A stretch of 57,586 nucleotides of DNA from Candidatus Bathyarchaeota archaeon (GCA_030613835.1 JAUWLH010000001.1:1-57586); one strand, 5' to 3'. Positions 29,017 to 38,756 are shown, numbered from the stretch's first letter. Made by a program: numbers and translations. The notes: a model not told the origin generated them from the sequence alone.

Positions 29017-29853
29017 TTAATTTGGGTTGATGAGGTCCATCTCGCCACCGCCTATTTCATTTATCCGGCTGAGGTAATCTGCGATGAACTTATCCATCGA
29101 CCTCTCGGCTTCATCAACCGTCGGAGCCTCCAAGACGAAATCAACCTTGATGGTATGGACCTTTTCCCTATCCTCATCCTCAACTGGAGGAGTGGCGGCG
29201 TTCTTGATGTAGATATCCGGGTAATCTAGCTGCATCTGCCTGTATAGAGGGAAGAAGTCCTTCCACACCATGCTGATGTTGAAGGTTCTTGCCACGAATA
29301 CAGTGTTCGTCTGGCTCATGATCATTGGGGCCACATGTGCATTGAACATGCCCTTCATCTCGGATGGTACTCCTGGGAGGGTGCAAACGGTCTTGCCGCC
29401 GATGTCTATCTTCATGCCAACCGCGAAACCCACAGGGTTCTGTATCGGCTCGCTCTCCATGAGGATCCTGGCCATCCTGCGTCCCCTGTCAATGGATGAT
29501 TGCTCGGTTATCCCCCTCTTTCTATAGGTTGCTTCGATTTTGGCCGCGCCCTCCTCGTCGATGAACGTTTTCCGCCCCAACGCCATCCCGATGCTGTCCA
29601 CTGTTAGGTCGTCCTCACTTGGACCCAGCCCACCCGTTATCACGATGAAGTGGGCGTCCCTCTTCAGCGCGTCCAGGAGGGTTGACCCTATGAGAGCGGG
29701 CTCGTCGCCAATCATAGTGACCCTGCGGAGCCTTGCCCCCATCTCTGCCACCCTCTTGGCTATCCAGTTGCTGTTCGTGTCTAGTATGCGACCGTAGATG
29801 AGCTCGTCGCCAGTTGCGATGATCTCGACATTGACGCTTCCAGTGGGCTTCAT
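29017..29853 (-). CDS. CinA-like MoCF-binding domain protein
   Basis: VEIIATGDELIYGRILDTNSNWIA and ITGGLGPSEDDLT are the hallmarks of the CinA N-terminal domain. Confidence 0.8.
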   Translation of the reverse strand: MKPTGSVNVEIIATGDELIYGRILDTNSNWIAKRVAEMGARLRRVTMIGDEPALIGSTLLDALKRDAHFIVITGGLGPSEDDLTVDSIGMALGRKTFIDEEGAAKIEATYRKRGITEQSSIDRGRRMARILMESEPIQNPVGFAVGMKIDIGGKTVCTLPGVPSEMKGMFNAHVAPMIMSQTNTVFVARTFNISMVWKDFFPLYRQMQLDYPDIYIKNAATPPVEDEDREKVHTIKVDFVLEAPTVDEAERSMDKFIADYLSRINEIGGGEMDLINPN

Positions 29854-30019
29854 ACGCTTAACCGCCGTAACCCTCTCTTATACGCCTTTCCAAGCAACTA
29901 AGCCTGGCCTATGCTCCGAGGATAGCAGCAGCCCCTTCGGGTTTGGACCGGGGCGTTGTTTCTCTACAACTTTTATTACCCAAATATCTTAAAACTGTGT
30001 TAGGTAACTATTGGTTTCA

Positions 30020-30550
30020 ATGTACCCTCAATCCTTCTCGCTTGATGATGGAACCACCGTTCGTTTCAAGGAGGAGACCTCTGAAGACCTAGAATCCGTA
30101 TGGGGGCTTTACTCTACCCTTAGTGTTGAGAGCAGGAAGACCTTGCCTCCCATTAACAGGAACCTGATCGAACTCTGGTCTAGGAGTCTCCCCAATTACG
30201 CCTTCAAGCCCGTTCTAGTGTCCGTTGATGAGAGGGGCGGTGAGCGTATCATCGGCAGAGCCTCCCTGACCCATGATGCTTCTCCGGCATCGAAGCACAG
30301 GGCCGAGTTCGGCATCGTTGTCCACGATGATTACCAAGGGAGGGGTGTCGGCTCTAACCTGTCCCTCTTCATGGTCCATGTGGCGCGGTCCAAGGGTTTG
30401 AGGAAGCTTACCCTGGATGTCTTCGCTGATAACCAGCGCGCTATCCATGTGTTCGAGGCGTGCGGCTACATCAAGGAGGGTCTTTTCCCTGATCACTACT
30501 GGTTCAGGGGCAGGTTCCACGACGTGATCCGGATGGGCCAAGCGTTGTAG
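30020..30550 (+). CDS. GNAT-family N-acetyltransferase
   Basis: VVHDDYQGRGVGSNL and FEACGY motifs. Confidence 0.8.
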   Translation: MYPQSFSLDDGTTVRFKEETSEDLESVWGLYSTLSVESRKTLPPINRNLIELWSRSLPNYAFKPVLVSVDERGGERIIGRASLTHDASPASKHRAEFGIVVHDDYQGRGVGSNLSLFMVHVARSKGLRKLTLDVFADNQRAIHVFEACGYIKEGLFPDHYWFRGRFHDVIRMGQAL

Positions 30551-30973
30551 CCAGTTCCGGTGGCCGGTCAAACGCAAAAAAAATTCTTGTACTCTGAACC
30601 CCGGAAAAAGGCTGCTAGCTCCTCCGCTTAGTTGGTTGACTCCTATCATCTGTCCCATTGATGTGGGGAGCGTGCTGTCCCGCAGCACAGCGGTGGTGGT
30701 CACGTTTTTGCGACTACCTGCTGGTGTTTGGATCCACATTTGGATCCAAATTGGGTTGTTTTATATCTTCTTTTAGGAAATGAGGCGTGTATTCGCCTTG
30801 CACTTGGTACGCCCTCCTCCCCACGTTAGCCGCTATTCTCGTTTTGGACGAGGTGAGCTGGTGATTTCGCCGCTGTCAGAGTCGGCACTAGCTATTAAAA
30901 TCAATAACCTGAGTTAATAAAATGATGACATGAATAAATATCCTTACTCGACGTTAATTATTAAAAAAGTGAA

Positions 30974-32152
30974 TTAGCAGTGTCCGAGCATATGCTCGGC
31001 TTCCCTGCTGCGTTTAAAGACGATGTAGTCCTTGTATCCCAGCGCCTCTGCCTTGGTCTGCCTGCCGTTTGCCGTCTTGACGATCATCTCATAGATGCGG
31101 CTGCCCACTCTATTGAGGCTCTCGCTGCCGTCCAGTATGGTGCTGGCGTTTATGTCCATGTTGTCGCCCATGTTGGCGTAGGTCCTCGGGGTCCCCGTGA
31201 TCTTGATGACCGGCGCGATGGCGTGCCCCGTGGTGCTCCCCCTTCCGCTGGTGAAGCAGACAACCTGAGCCCCAGCCGCAACCATGTGGGTGACGCTTGG
31301 CACGTCCCAGCCGGGGCCGTCCATCAGATACAGACCGGGCTTGTCCGGTGTGTCGAACCTCTCCCAGTTGTTGTAGAGGACGCCCTGAATGGTCTTGGTC
31401 CCCCCCTTAACCACGGCTCCTAGGCTCTTCTCCTCGATGGTGGTCAGCCCGCCGTCGATGTTGCCCTTGCTCATCCACCTGCTGCTGACGCCCATGGCCT
31501 TCTGGCGCGCCATCTGGGTCTCGATAATGTCGTAGATGGCGTCGGCCGTCTCCTTGTCTACGGCCCTCTCGGCGAGGAGGTGCTGTGTCCCGCACATCTC
31601 CTGGGTCTCGCCAAACATCACCGTCCCGCCATCCTCTATGAGCATGTCTGCCGCCGCGCCTACCGCCGGGTTCGCTGCAAGCCCGCTTGTGGCGTCACTG
31701 CCCCCGCACTCCACCGCGAGGATCAGCTTGCTCAGCGGGAAAGCCTCCCGTTTCTGCTCAGCTATGTCCTGCTTCATCTTCTGGAGGATGCGCACGCCCT
31801 TGGCGTGGGTCTTGATGGTACCACCCAACTTCTGGATTGTGATGTTGAAGACGGGCTTGCCACTGGGCTCGATTTTCTCCATGAGGATGTCCCCGGTCAA
31901 AGTCTCGCACCCCAACCCGACAATCAGTATCCCCGCGACGTTTGGGTTCAACGCCGTCCCCACCAGGTTGTGGACCAGCATGGCGTCGTCCCTACATCCG
32001 TAGGTCTGCGTGATGGCCACTGCTCCCTCCACCTGCTCTGCTATCTTCTTGGCGGGCTCGTAGCTGCAGTCCATAGTCGACAGTACAAGCAGGTGGTTCC
32101 TTACGCCCACCGTTCCGTCGGGTCTCTCGTACCCGTAGAACTGTGCCGTCAG
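30974..32152 (-). CDS. UxaA-family sugar-acid dehydratase, large (catalytic) part
   Basis: FYGYERPDGTVGVRNHLLVLSTMDC, GLGCE, ECGGSDATSG, EEKSLG and FTSGRGSTTG all parallel E. coli UxaA. The first canonical start (GTG, 32110) cuts off the conserved FYGYERPDG, so I extended to the CTG at 32152 (see finding). Confidence 0.8.
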   Translation of the reverse strand: MTAQFYGYERPDGTVGVRNHLLVLSTMDCSYEPAKKIAEQVEGAVAITQTYGCRDDAMLVHNLVGTALNPNVAGILIVGLGCETLTGDILMEKIEPSGKPVFNITIQKLGGTIKTHAKGVRILQKMKQDIAEQKREAFPLSKLILAVECGGSDATSGLAANPAVGAAADMLIEDGGTVMFGETQEMCGTQHLLAERAVDKETADAIYDIIETQMARQKAMGVSSRWMSKGNIDGGLTTIEEKSLGAVVKGGTKTIQGVLYNNWERFDTPDKPGLYLMDGPGWDVPSVTHMVAAGAQVVCFTSGRGSTTGHAIAPVIKITGTPRTYANMGDNMDINASTILDGSESLNRVGSRIYEMIVKTANGRQTKAEALGYKDYIVFKRSREAEHMLGHC

Positions 32153-32463
32153 GTGACCCCCCTTACCTCAACGCCCTCTATGTTCATCCTAGCGCTGTTG
32201 ACATTGTGGGTATGAAGCCACTCGCCGACCTTGATCTCCTTAGAGGCGACGCCGATCACCTCTCCGTACTTGATGACCTCGTCGTCCACCTTCAGGTCCT
32301 TGAGTGCGAGCTTGTGGCCCAGCATAATCCTCTCAACGGGTCTGGTCTTCAGCACAATGTCGCCGTTGGGGTTGAGTACCTCGACCTCCTCACCCGCCTC
32401 GACGATGCTGGTGGCCGTAGCCACGTTGTCCTGGGCATCGACTTGTATGGCTTTCTTTGACAT
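32149..32463 (-). CDS. UxaA-family dehydratase, small SAF-domain part
   Basis: DNVATATSIVEAGEEV...GHKLALKDLKVDDEVIKYGEVIG...GEWLHTHN parallels the N-terminal SAF domain of UxaA. Confidence 0.8.
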   Translation of the reverse strand: MSKKAIQVDAQDNVATATSIVEAGEEVEVLNPNGDIVLKTRPVERIMLGHKLALKDLKVDDEVIKYGEVIGVASKEIKVGEWLHTHNVNSARMNIEGVEVRGVT

Positions 32464-32511
32464 GTTACAGGAATAGGCGATGCGGTAATATTAAAGAGAT
32501 AAGAAAAAAGC

Positions 32512-33774
32512 CTAACCCATCACTGGGTTCTCTGGGATGCAGCTGGTCCCGTCAGGGATGACGGCTACCCTACTGCCAGCGCCGTGGTGGTTCTTGAGCT
32601 CCTCGATGACCTCGTCCCACTTCCTGATCCAGACGACCTCCTCAATGTCGTGCCTCCACAGGAAGCTCTTCAACGGGTAGTCGCCGAAAATAATTATCCT
32701 CTTGCCCTTGAGTACCCTGCGCTTGGCTGGGTTCCACAGGCATGAGCCGATCTCCTTGCCGTGCCTGTTGAAGAGCCAGTGGTTGATATCACCGTCGGGG
32801 TCGTCGTTGACCATGACAAGAGTCCCGTCCTCGCTCACGGTGTTGTACATGGGCCAGAGGCTCAGGTAGGGCTCGTTCTCCCTCATGTAAGCCCCCGCGA
32901 CCACTATGTCGGACTCGGGGTTCTCTGTCCTGTGCCACTTCATGACTCCCGCACCCGCCTTGCGCTGTGTCTTGACGAAGTCACCGGCGTACATTTCTAT
33001 TGGGTCCCTTTGTAGGTTTAGCACGGTGTCGATCTTGTAGTCAAGACCGGCCATCCTAGCGGCCTCCTCCATGTCTATTCTCATCCTGTTGTCCTCGTTC
33101 ATGAGGTAGCCGGTGGACTTGCACGGCGTCAGTCCCGGCCCGAACCCGCCGATGTCGCCGTGGTTGTACTTTATGGTCTCCATGCCGGCCACTCCGGGGC
33201 TGATCATCTTGCCGCCGCCGCTGAGGCCCGTGAGCCTGTGGAACAGGACGGTGCCGATGCCGATCTTCAGGTCGCATGCCATGACCTCGCTGTTGACCCA
33301 TACGGGTGTCCCCAGCTCGGTCTTGCCCAGGTAGTCGATGATATCATAGGGGTTGTGGTTGTAGACGGCGTAGTTGGACACGATGTCGTCGCCCAGCTTC
33401 TTTACGAAATCCCTCCTCCCGTAGGTGCCGTGGGTGCCCGGTGCGATGATGAACCTGATGTTGTCCTCGGGGATGCCCGCCTTGTGCAGCGTCTCAAGTA
33501 TGAAAGGCGCGTACTGGAATGTCTTGGTTGGCCTTGTCATGTCGTCGAATATGATCACAACCTCCTCGGCTCCCTCTGCGAGCTTGGCGAGGGGCTTCTG
33601 GCCGACCGGGTTGTGGATGACCGCCTTGATCTCCTCCGGGGTCATGGGGGTTGCGTCCTCTGATGCGACCTTGCACAGATGCACCTTCCACTCGTCGGGG
33701 AAGGTCAGCTCAAGGGGCTTGTCGTCGTACCAGCAATGATGTGGAATATCCACCTTAGTCAAATTAATCAACAT
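32512..33774 (-). CDS. LarA-like nickel-pincer (NPN)-dependent 2-hydroxyacid racemase/epimerase family protein (DUF2088)
   Basis: 420 aa. FIIAPGTHG, and VLFHRLTGLSGGGKMISPGVAGMETIKYNH, which resembles the His/Lys/His catalytic and cofactor-tethering region of LarA. Confidence 0.8.
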   Translation of the reverse strand: MLINLTKVDIPHHCWYDDKPLELTFPDEWKVHLCKVASEDATPMTPEEIKAVIHNPVGQKPLAKLAEGAEEVVIIFDDMTRPTKTFQYAPFILETLHKAGIPEDNIRFIIAPGTHGTYGRRDFVKKLGDDIVSNYAVYNHNPYDIIDYLGKTELGTPVWVNSEVMACDLKIGIGTVLFHRLTGLSGGGKMISPGVAGMETIKYNHGDIGGFGPGLTPCKSTGYLMNEDNRMRIDMEEAARMAGLDYKIDTVLNLQRDPIEMYAGDFVKTQRKAGAGVMKWHRTENPESDIVVAGAYMRENEPYLSLWPMYNTVSEDGTLVMVNDDPDGDINHWLFNRHGKEIGSCLWNPAKRRVLKGKRIIIFGDYPLKSFLWRHDIEEVVWIRKWDEVIEELKNHHGAGSRVAVIPDGTSCIPENPVMG

Positions 33775-33838
33775 GACCTTGTTGATTGCACTAATATAAT
33801 GTATCCGAAATGGGCTAAGGCCAGAAAAAAATAGAGTT

Positions 33839-35095
33839 CTACTTGAAAAGATTGATGGGGTATTCAGCCGTCTCTCCCAGCCACTCCTCGATCCTCAGCA
33901 ACTGGTTGTACTTTGCTGTCCTCTCGCCCCTGCACGGCGCACCGGTCTTGATCTGGCCGCAGCCCAGAGCCACGCTGAGGTCAGCCACGAACGGGTCCTC
34001 CGTCTCACCGCTCCTGTGGCTGGCCATCACGTTGTACCCATTGTCAATGGCGAGTTTAGCGGCCTCAAGGGCCTCGGTGAGAGTCCCGATCTGGTTCACC
34101 TTCCAGAGCAGGGCGTTGCAAGCCCCCATATCAATGCCCTTCTGTAAGCGCTTCGGGTTTGTGACGAACAGGTCATCCCCCAGTATCTGGATGTCAACGG
34201 CCTTTGTCACATCAACGAACCCCTGGTAGTCCTCCTCCTCAAGGGGATCCTCAATGCTTGATATCGGGTATTTTTCCACGAGATCAACATAGACCTCGAT
34301 CAGCTCTCCCGTACTGATTTTCCTCTCCCTGTAATTGTAGACGCCCTCGCCTACGAAGAAGCTGCTGGCGGCCACGTCAATGGCCAGGGTCACCTTGTCG
34401 GTGTAACCCAGCTCTTCGGCAGACGCGATTATGACCTCTATAGCCTCCTCGGGCGTCTTCATTGGGGGGCTGAAACCACCCTCGTCCCCCACGTTGATGG
34501 CGTTCTTCCCGTAGTCCTCAAGGAGCTTACTTTTGAGTGTCTGGTATATCTCGCTGCCCATCCTCAGCGCCTCGGCGAAGTTTTTAGCACCGGTAGGTGC
34601 GACCATGAACTCCTGGAAATCAAGCTGGTTCCCGGCGTGTATCCCGCCGTTGACAACGTTGAAGAACGGAACAGGGAGCAGGCTCGCGTCAGGGTTGATG
34701 TACTCGTACAGCTTAACCCCCTTTGACGCGGCAGCTGTCTTGGCAGACGCGATGCTCACCCCGAGGATGGCGTTGCCCCCCAACCTACCCTTATTCTCGG
34801 TCCCATCCAGCTCGATCATCAAAGCATCAAGCTTGAACTGGTCCGTTACATCGTAGCCCCTGAGCATGGGTAAAATCTCATCTTTAACCCCTCTTACTGC
34901 CTTTGATACACCCTTCCCGTGGAACCTCTCTCCCTTGTCCCTCAGCTCAACAGCCTCGTAGATTCCGGTGCTGGCCCCGCTGGGCACGGCAGCCCTTCCA
35001 AAGTAGCCATCATCGGTGGTGACCTCAACCTCGATGGTGGGGTTACCGCGGGAGTCAAGAATCTCCCTCGCGTGAATGTGACTGATCTTCCCCAT
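33839..35095 (-). CDS. eno: Enolase
   Basis: ILDSRGNPTIEVEV, SGASTG, DDLFVTN and SHRSGETED. Confidence 0.95.
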   Translation of the reverse strand: MGKISHIHAREILDSRGNPTIEVEVTTDDGYFGRAAVPSGASTGIYEAVELRDKGERFHGKGVSKAVRGVKDEILPMLRGYDVTDQFKLDALMIELDGTENKGRLGGNAILGVSIASAKTAAASKGVKLYEYINPDASLLPVPFFNVVNGGIHAGNQLDFQEFMVAPTGAKNFAEALRMGSEIYQTLKSKLLEDYGKNAINVGDEGGFSPPMKTPEEAIEVIIASAEELGYTDKVTLAIDVAASSFFVGEGVYNYRERKISTGELIEVYVDLVEKYPISSIEDPLEEEDYQGFVDVTKAVDIQILGDDLFVTNPKRLQKGIDMGACNALLWKVNQIGTLTEALEAAKLAIDNGYNVMASHRSGETEDPFVADLSVALGCGQIKTGAPCRGERTAKYNQLLRIEEWLGETAEYPINLFK

Positions 35096-35139
35096 GCTAT
35101 TTCAGATGGGGAGATGATTGATGGTTTAAAAAAGGCTAT

Positions 35140-35388
35140 CTACTGGATAGCTTTCGATATGTCCTTTGCGGTGAACGGCCAGCCCACCAGCTTGATCTCG
35201 TCCTCCACAACGACGCTGGGCACGGCCATGACGTTGATGCTCATTCCCCTGTCTACACCCTCCGGGGTGTACGTGTTGACCTCCTCGTACTCGAAGCCTG
35301 GGTTATCCACCTTGTACTTCTTGAGAAGCTCCCTTGCGTAGGGGCAGTGAGGGCATGCTGGACTGTAAAATAGCTCTACCTTCTTCAT
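35140..35388 (-). CDS. Small thioredoxin/glutaredoxin-like protein
   Basis: 82 aa with a CPHCP redox motif. ATGA overlap with trxB upstream. Confidence 0.8.
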   Translation of the reverse strand: MKKVELFYSPACPHCPYARELLKKYKVDNPGFEYEEVNTYTPEGVDRGMSINVMAVPSVVVEDEIKLVGWPFTAKDISKAIQ

Positions 35389-36302
35389 TTTCTTCCCAGC
35401 CGCTTCACGTACTTCATCGCGTTCAGTGCCGCCTGGGCACCCGTACCTGTCGCCGTCACTATCTGCATCCCCTTACAGCAGCAGTCGCCAGCCGCGAAGA
35501 GGCCCTCGATGTTTGTCATCTGGTCCCTGTCCACCATGATACAGCCGCCCGCATCAGTCTCCACCCCCGCATCACCCAGAATGGTGGATGCCGAGACGTG
35601 CTCCAGTATGATGAACACTCCATCAAGCTTGACCTCATCTCCGTTATCCAGCTTGACATACTCCACGAAATTAGTGCCACCAATCTCGGTGATGTCAGTG
35701 TCATAGATGAACTCCACCTTTGGGTTCTTTTTCAGGTGCTCAATCTCTGGGTACTCCTCGTTGAACCCCTTTTTCCCTGGAATAGCGTAGACCTTGGCAG
35801 ATGACTCCGCAAGTATCTCGATATCGTGGACCGCCTCATGGCCTCCGCCTATAATGGCCACGGTCTTATCCCTAAAGAACGGGCCGTCGCAGACCCCGCA
35901 GTAGCTTACTCCCCTACCCTTGAACTCGTTCTCGCCTTCGACACTGAGGCTTCTCCTGCTAACGCCAGTGGCGATGATGATGGCTTTTGCCTGCCTGATC
36001 CCCTTCCTTGTGGTAAGCATCTTCGTCTCGCCGAAGTCAGCAATGCCAACAACTGTCTCGGTGCTGAACTCTGCCCCGAACTTAGCCGCCTGTTTCTCCA
36101 TGAGCGCCATCAGGTTCGGCCCGCTGATCCCGTCAGGGAACCCCGGGTAGTTCTCGACCCAGTGGGCCTGAAGTGTTTTGCCACCCAACTTGTTCCCCTC
36201 AAGAACGAGGGTCATGTTGTTGTGCCTAGCAGCGTAGATGGCCGCGGTGAGCCCACCTGGGCCGCCGCCAATGATTATAATGTCATAGATGTCCTCAGAC
36301 AT
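35385..36302 (-). CDS. trxB: Thioredoxin reductase
   Basis: IIIIGGGPGGLTAAIYAAR and the VSYCGVCDG redox-active CxxC. 305 aa. Confidence 0.9.
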   Translation of the reverse strand: MSEDIYDIIIIGGGPGGLTAAIYAARHNNMTLVLEGNKLGGKTLQAHWVENYPGFPDGISGPNLMALMEKQAAKFGAEFSTETVVGIADFGETKMLTTRKGIRQAKAIIIATGVSRRSLSVEGENEFKGRGVSYCGVCDGPFFRDKTVAIIGGGHEAVHDIEILAESSAKVYAIPGKKGFNEEYPEIEHLKKNPKVEFIYDTDITEIGGTNFVEYVKLDNGDEVKLDGVFIILEHVSASTILGDAGVETDAGGCIMVDRDQMTNIEGLFAAGDCCCKGMQIVTATGTGAQAALNAMKYVKRLGRK

Positions 36303-36347
36303 GGCGAATATCTAGAAAGATTAAGATGGGTGAAATAAAAAGGGGTA

Positions 36348-38756
36348 TTATTCGTCGTCGCGGTCCTTCCTGGGACTCATGATCGCCGCCATCTCGTCCA
36401 GCCTGCTCTGGACCAGTTGGTTAACCGAGCCCTCAGGATAGTTGCCTTCCGCATCGGGCTCCCCCGCCTCCACCCCTGTAAGGACCTCGATGCCCTCATC
36501 GATGGTCCCCACGGAGTAGATGTGGAACTTTCCCTCCTTGATGGCCTCCACCACGTCCTCCCTGAGCATCAGGTTCTTGACGTTGCTCTCGGGGATCATG
36601 ACCCCGTGATCGCCCGTCAGGCCCCTGAACTTGCAGAGGTCAAAGAAGCCCTCGATCTTGTGGTTGACGCCGCCTATGGCTTGGACCTGACCCCTCTGGT
36701 TCACCGACCCAGTCACGGCAAAGTTCTGCTTGATGGGCACCCCGCTAAGGGCGCTCATCATGGCGTAGGTCTCGGTGCTGCTCGCGCTGTCCCCGTCGAC
36801 CCCGCTGTAGCTCTGCTCGAACACCAGCCTGGCCGTGAGGCTCAGTGGGTGCTTCTTGGCGTACCTGTCGGTTAGGAAGCCCGAAAGTATGTGGACGCCC
36901 TTAGTGTGTGTAGGCCCGCCCATGTCGGCTTGCTTCTCGATGTCGATGATGCCAGATTTGCCCAAGCCAATGCTGGCCGTTATCCTGCTTGGCTTGCCGA
37001 ACATGTGGTCCCCCATGCCCATGACCGCCAGTCCGTTGAGCTGACCCACCTTGGCGCCCTCTGTATCCACTAGGATGCTCCCACGCTCGATCATCTCGCC
37101 CATCTTCTCCTCAATGAGGTTGCTTCTGTAGACTTTTGCCTCGATGGCCTGCCTCACGTGGTCCTTGGTGATGTAATCGCTGCCGTTGGACATCGCGTAG
37201 TAGTTTGCCTCCCTTATGAGGTCGCTCACCCTGGCGAACTGGGTGCTGAGCTTGTCTTGGTCCGCCGCGAGCCTGCTGCTGTACTCGACGATGGATGCGA
37301 TCCCCTCACCGTTCAGGTGTTTGAGCCCCTCCTTGTTGACCAGGGTGCACATGAACTGGGCATACTGCTCGACGTTCTCCCTGGTCCTAGCCATGGTGGT
37401 GTCGAACTCGGCCTTGACCTTGAAGATCTTCTTGAACTCTGGGTCGCCCTGGTAGAGCATGTAGTAGTACCTGCCCTCCCCCACGATAATGACCTTGCAA
37501 TCAAAGGGTATGGGCTCGGGCCTCAGGCTTCTGGTGCTGACGTAACCCATCCTGGCCGCCAACTCCTCTATCTCCAGCTTCTTGTTGAGGATAGTGCGCT
37601 TCAACGCCTCGTAGCTGCCGGGGCTCCTGGCCAGTTCCTCGATGGGCAGTACCAGGTACCCGCCGTTGGCCATGTGGGCGCTCCCACTCCTGATCATGGT
37701 GTAATCAGTGACCAGTGTGCCGAACCTGGCCTCCTTCTCAGTGGTGCCGAAGAGCCTGTCGTGGCCGGGGTTCAGCTCCATGATGACTGGCGCTCCCTCA
37801 AGCTTGCTGTTGTCCACAACCAAGTTGACTTTGTACCTCACGGTGGGGTCATCCCTTCCACCCCCCATCATGGCGGCGAGGGGGTTCTCGGGTGGCTTCT
37901 GGGCCCCCAGGATAGCGCTCAGGTTGTCGAGGATATCGTTCCTGACAGCACCCAGGTATTGCTTGCACTCGATGACCTCTCCGTATTTGTCGTTGAGGCT
38001 GTCCAGCAGGGTGTCCATGGCGAAACTAGCTACCTCCTTGTTGAACTTCTCGACCTCCGCCTCTGCTTCCCTGTCGATGTCCCTGAACTGCCGGAACGCG
38101 GTCCCCATCTCATCTGAGAGGGCCTTGCGCTTGTTCTGGATCTCGTCCCTAATGCTCTGCGGTAGGATGCCGAACTGCTGTTCGTTGATGAGCTGGCCGT
38201 TGATTACCGGGATGATAACCATGCCGATCTGGCTCCTCTGGATCACGAAACCTGCGTCCTGGGCCTTCTTGTTTAGTTCCCCCATGAGCTCCTGCTTCCT
38301 CTCCTCAAAGCCCTTGACGGTCTCCTCCCTGCGGCTGGCGTAATCATCGCTCTCAAAGGCTGCCGAAAGGGCCTTCTTCATCTCATCGACGAACCTAGCT
38401 ATATCCGTCACGAACTGGGCTCCCATCCCTGCGGGCAGCTGGAGGGCGTTGGGCTTCTGGCGATCCTCGAAGTTGTAGACGTAGCACCAGTCCGGGGGCA
38501 CAGGCATCTCCTTGGCCCGCTGCTCTAGGAAGGTCACGATGGCGGTCTTCTTTCCCGTCCCTGGCATCCCTGCCACGTAGAGGTTGAATCCCTCCTCCTT
38601 GATATCAAGGCCGAACTGGAGCGCCTTCACGGCCCTGTCCTGACCGATTATCTCGATGAGGGGCTCAAGGTCATCAGTGGCGCTGCACTTTATGAAATCC
38701 ATTGGACATATCTTTCTTACCTGCGTATATTCTAGCTCCTTGATCATGTTAATCAC
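36348..38756 (-). CDS. Soluble Lon-related ATP-dependent protease (COG1067-like: AAA+ domain plus S16 protease domain)
   Basis: Walker A GMPGTGKK. C-terminal Lon protease region GDSASSTE...TGSVNQRGQVQAIGGVNHKIEGFF. I saw no obvious TM segment. Confidence 0.85.
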   Translation of the reverse strand: MINMIKELEYTQVRKICPMDFIKCSATDDLEPLIEIIGQDRAVKALQFGLDIKEEGFNLYVAGMPGTGKKTAIVTFLEQRAKEMPVPPDWCYVYNFEDRQKPNALQLPAGMGAQFVTDIARFVDEMKKALSAAFESDDYASRREETVKGFEERKQELMGELNKKAQDAGFVIQRSQIGMVIIPVINGQLINEQQFGILPQSIRDEIQNKRKALSDEMGTAFRQFRDIDREAEAEVEKFNKEVASFAMDTLLDSLNDKYGEVIECKQYLGAVRNDILDNLSAILGAQKPPENPLAAMMGGGRDDPTVRYKVNLVVDNSKLEGAPVIMELNPGHDRLFGTTEKEARFGTLVTDYTMIRSGSAHMANGGYLVLPIEELARSPGSYEALKRTILNKKLEIEELAARMGYVSTRSLRPEPIPFDCKVIIVGEGRYYYMLYQGDPEFKKIFKVKAEFDTTMARTRENVEQYAQFMCTLVNKEGLKHLNGEGIASIVEYSSRLAADQDKLSTQFARVSDLIREANYYAMSNGSDYITKDHVRQAIEAKVYRSNLIEEKMGEMIERGSILVDTEGAKVGQLNGLAVMGMGDHMFGKPSRITASIGLGKSGIIDIEKQADMGGPTHTKGVHILSGFLTDRYAKKHPLSLTARLVFEQSYSGVDGDSASSTETYAMMSALSGVPIKQNFAVTGSVNQRGQVQAIGGVNHKIEGFFDLCKFRGLTGDHGVMIPESNVKNLMLREDVVEAIKEGKFHIYSVGTIDEGIEVLTGVEAGEPDAEGNYPEGSVNQLVQSRLDEMAAIMSPRKDRDDE

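Noticed and set aside
30905-30935. A C/D-box sRNA, suggested by CTGA...ATGATGA
   Set aside because: There are only one C-like and one D-like box in the wrong order. No terminal C box or D box is found at the expected ~12-nt guide spacing.
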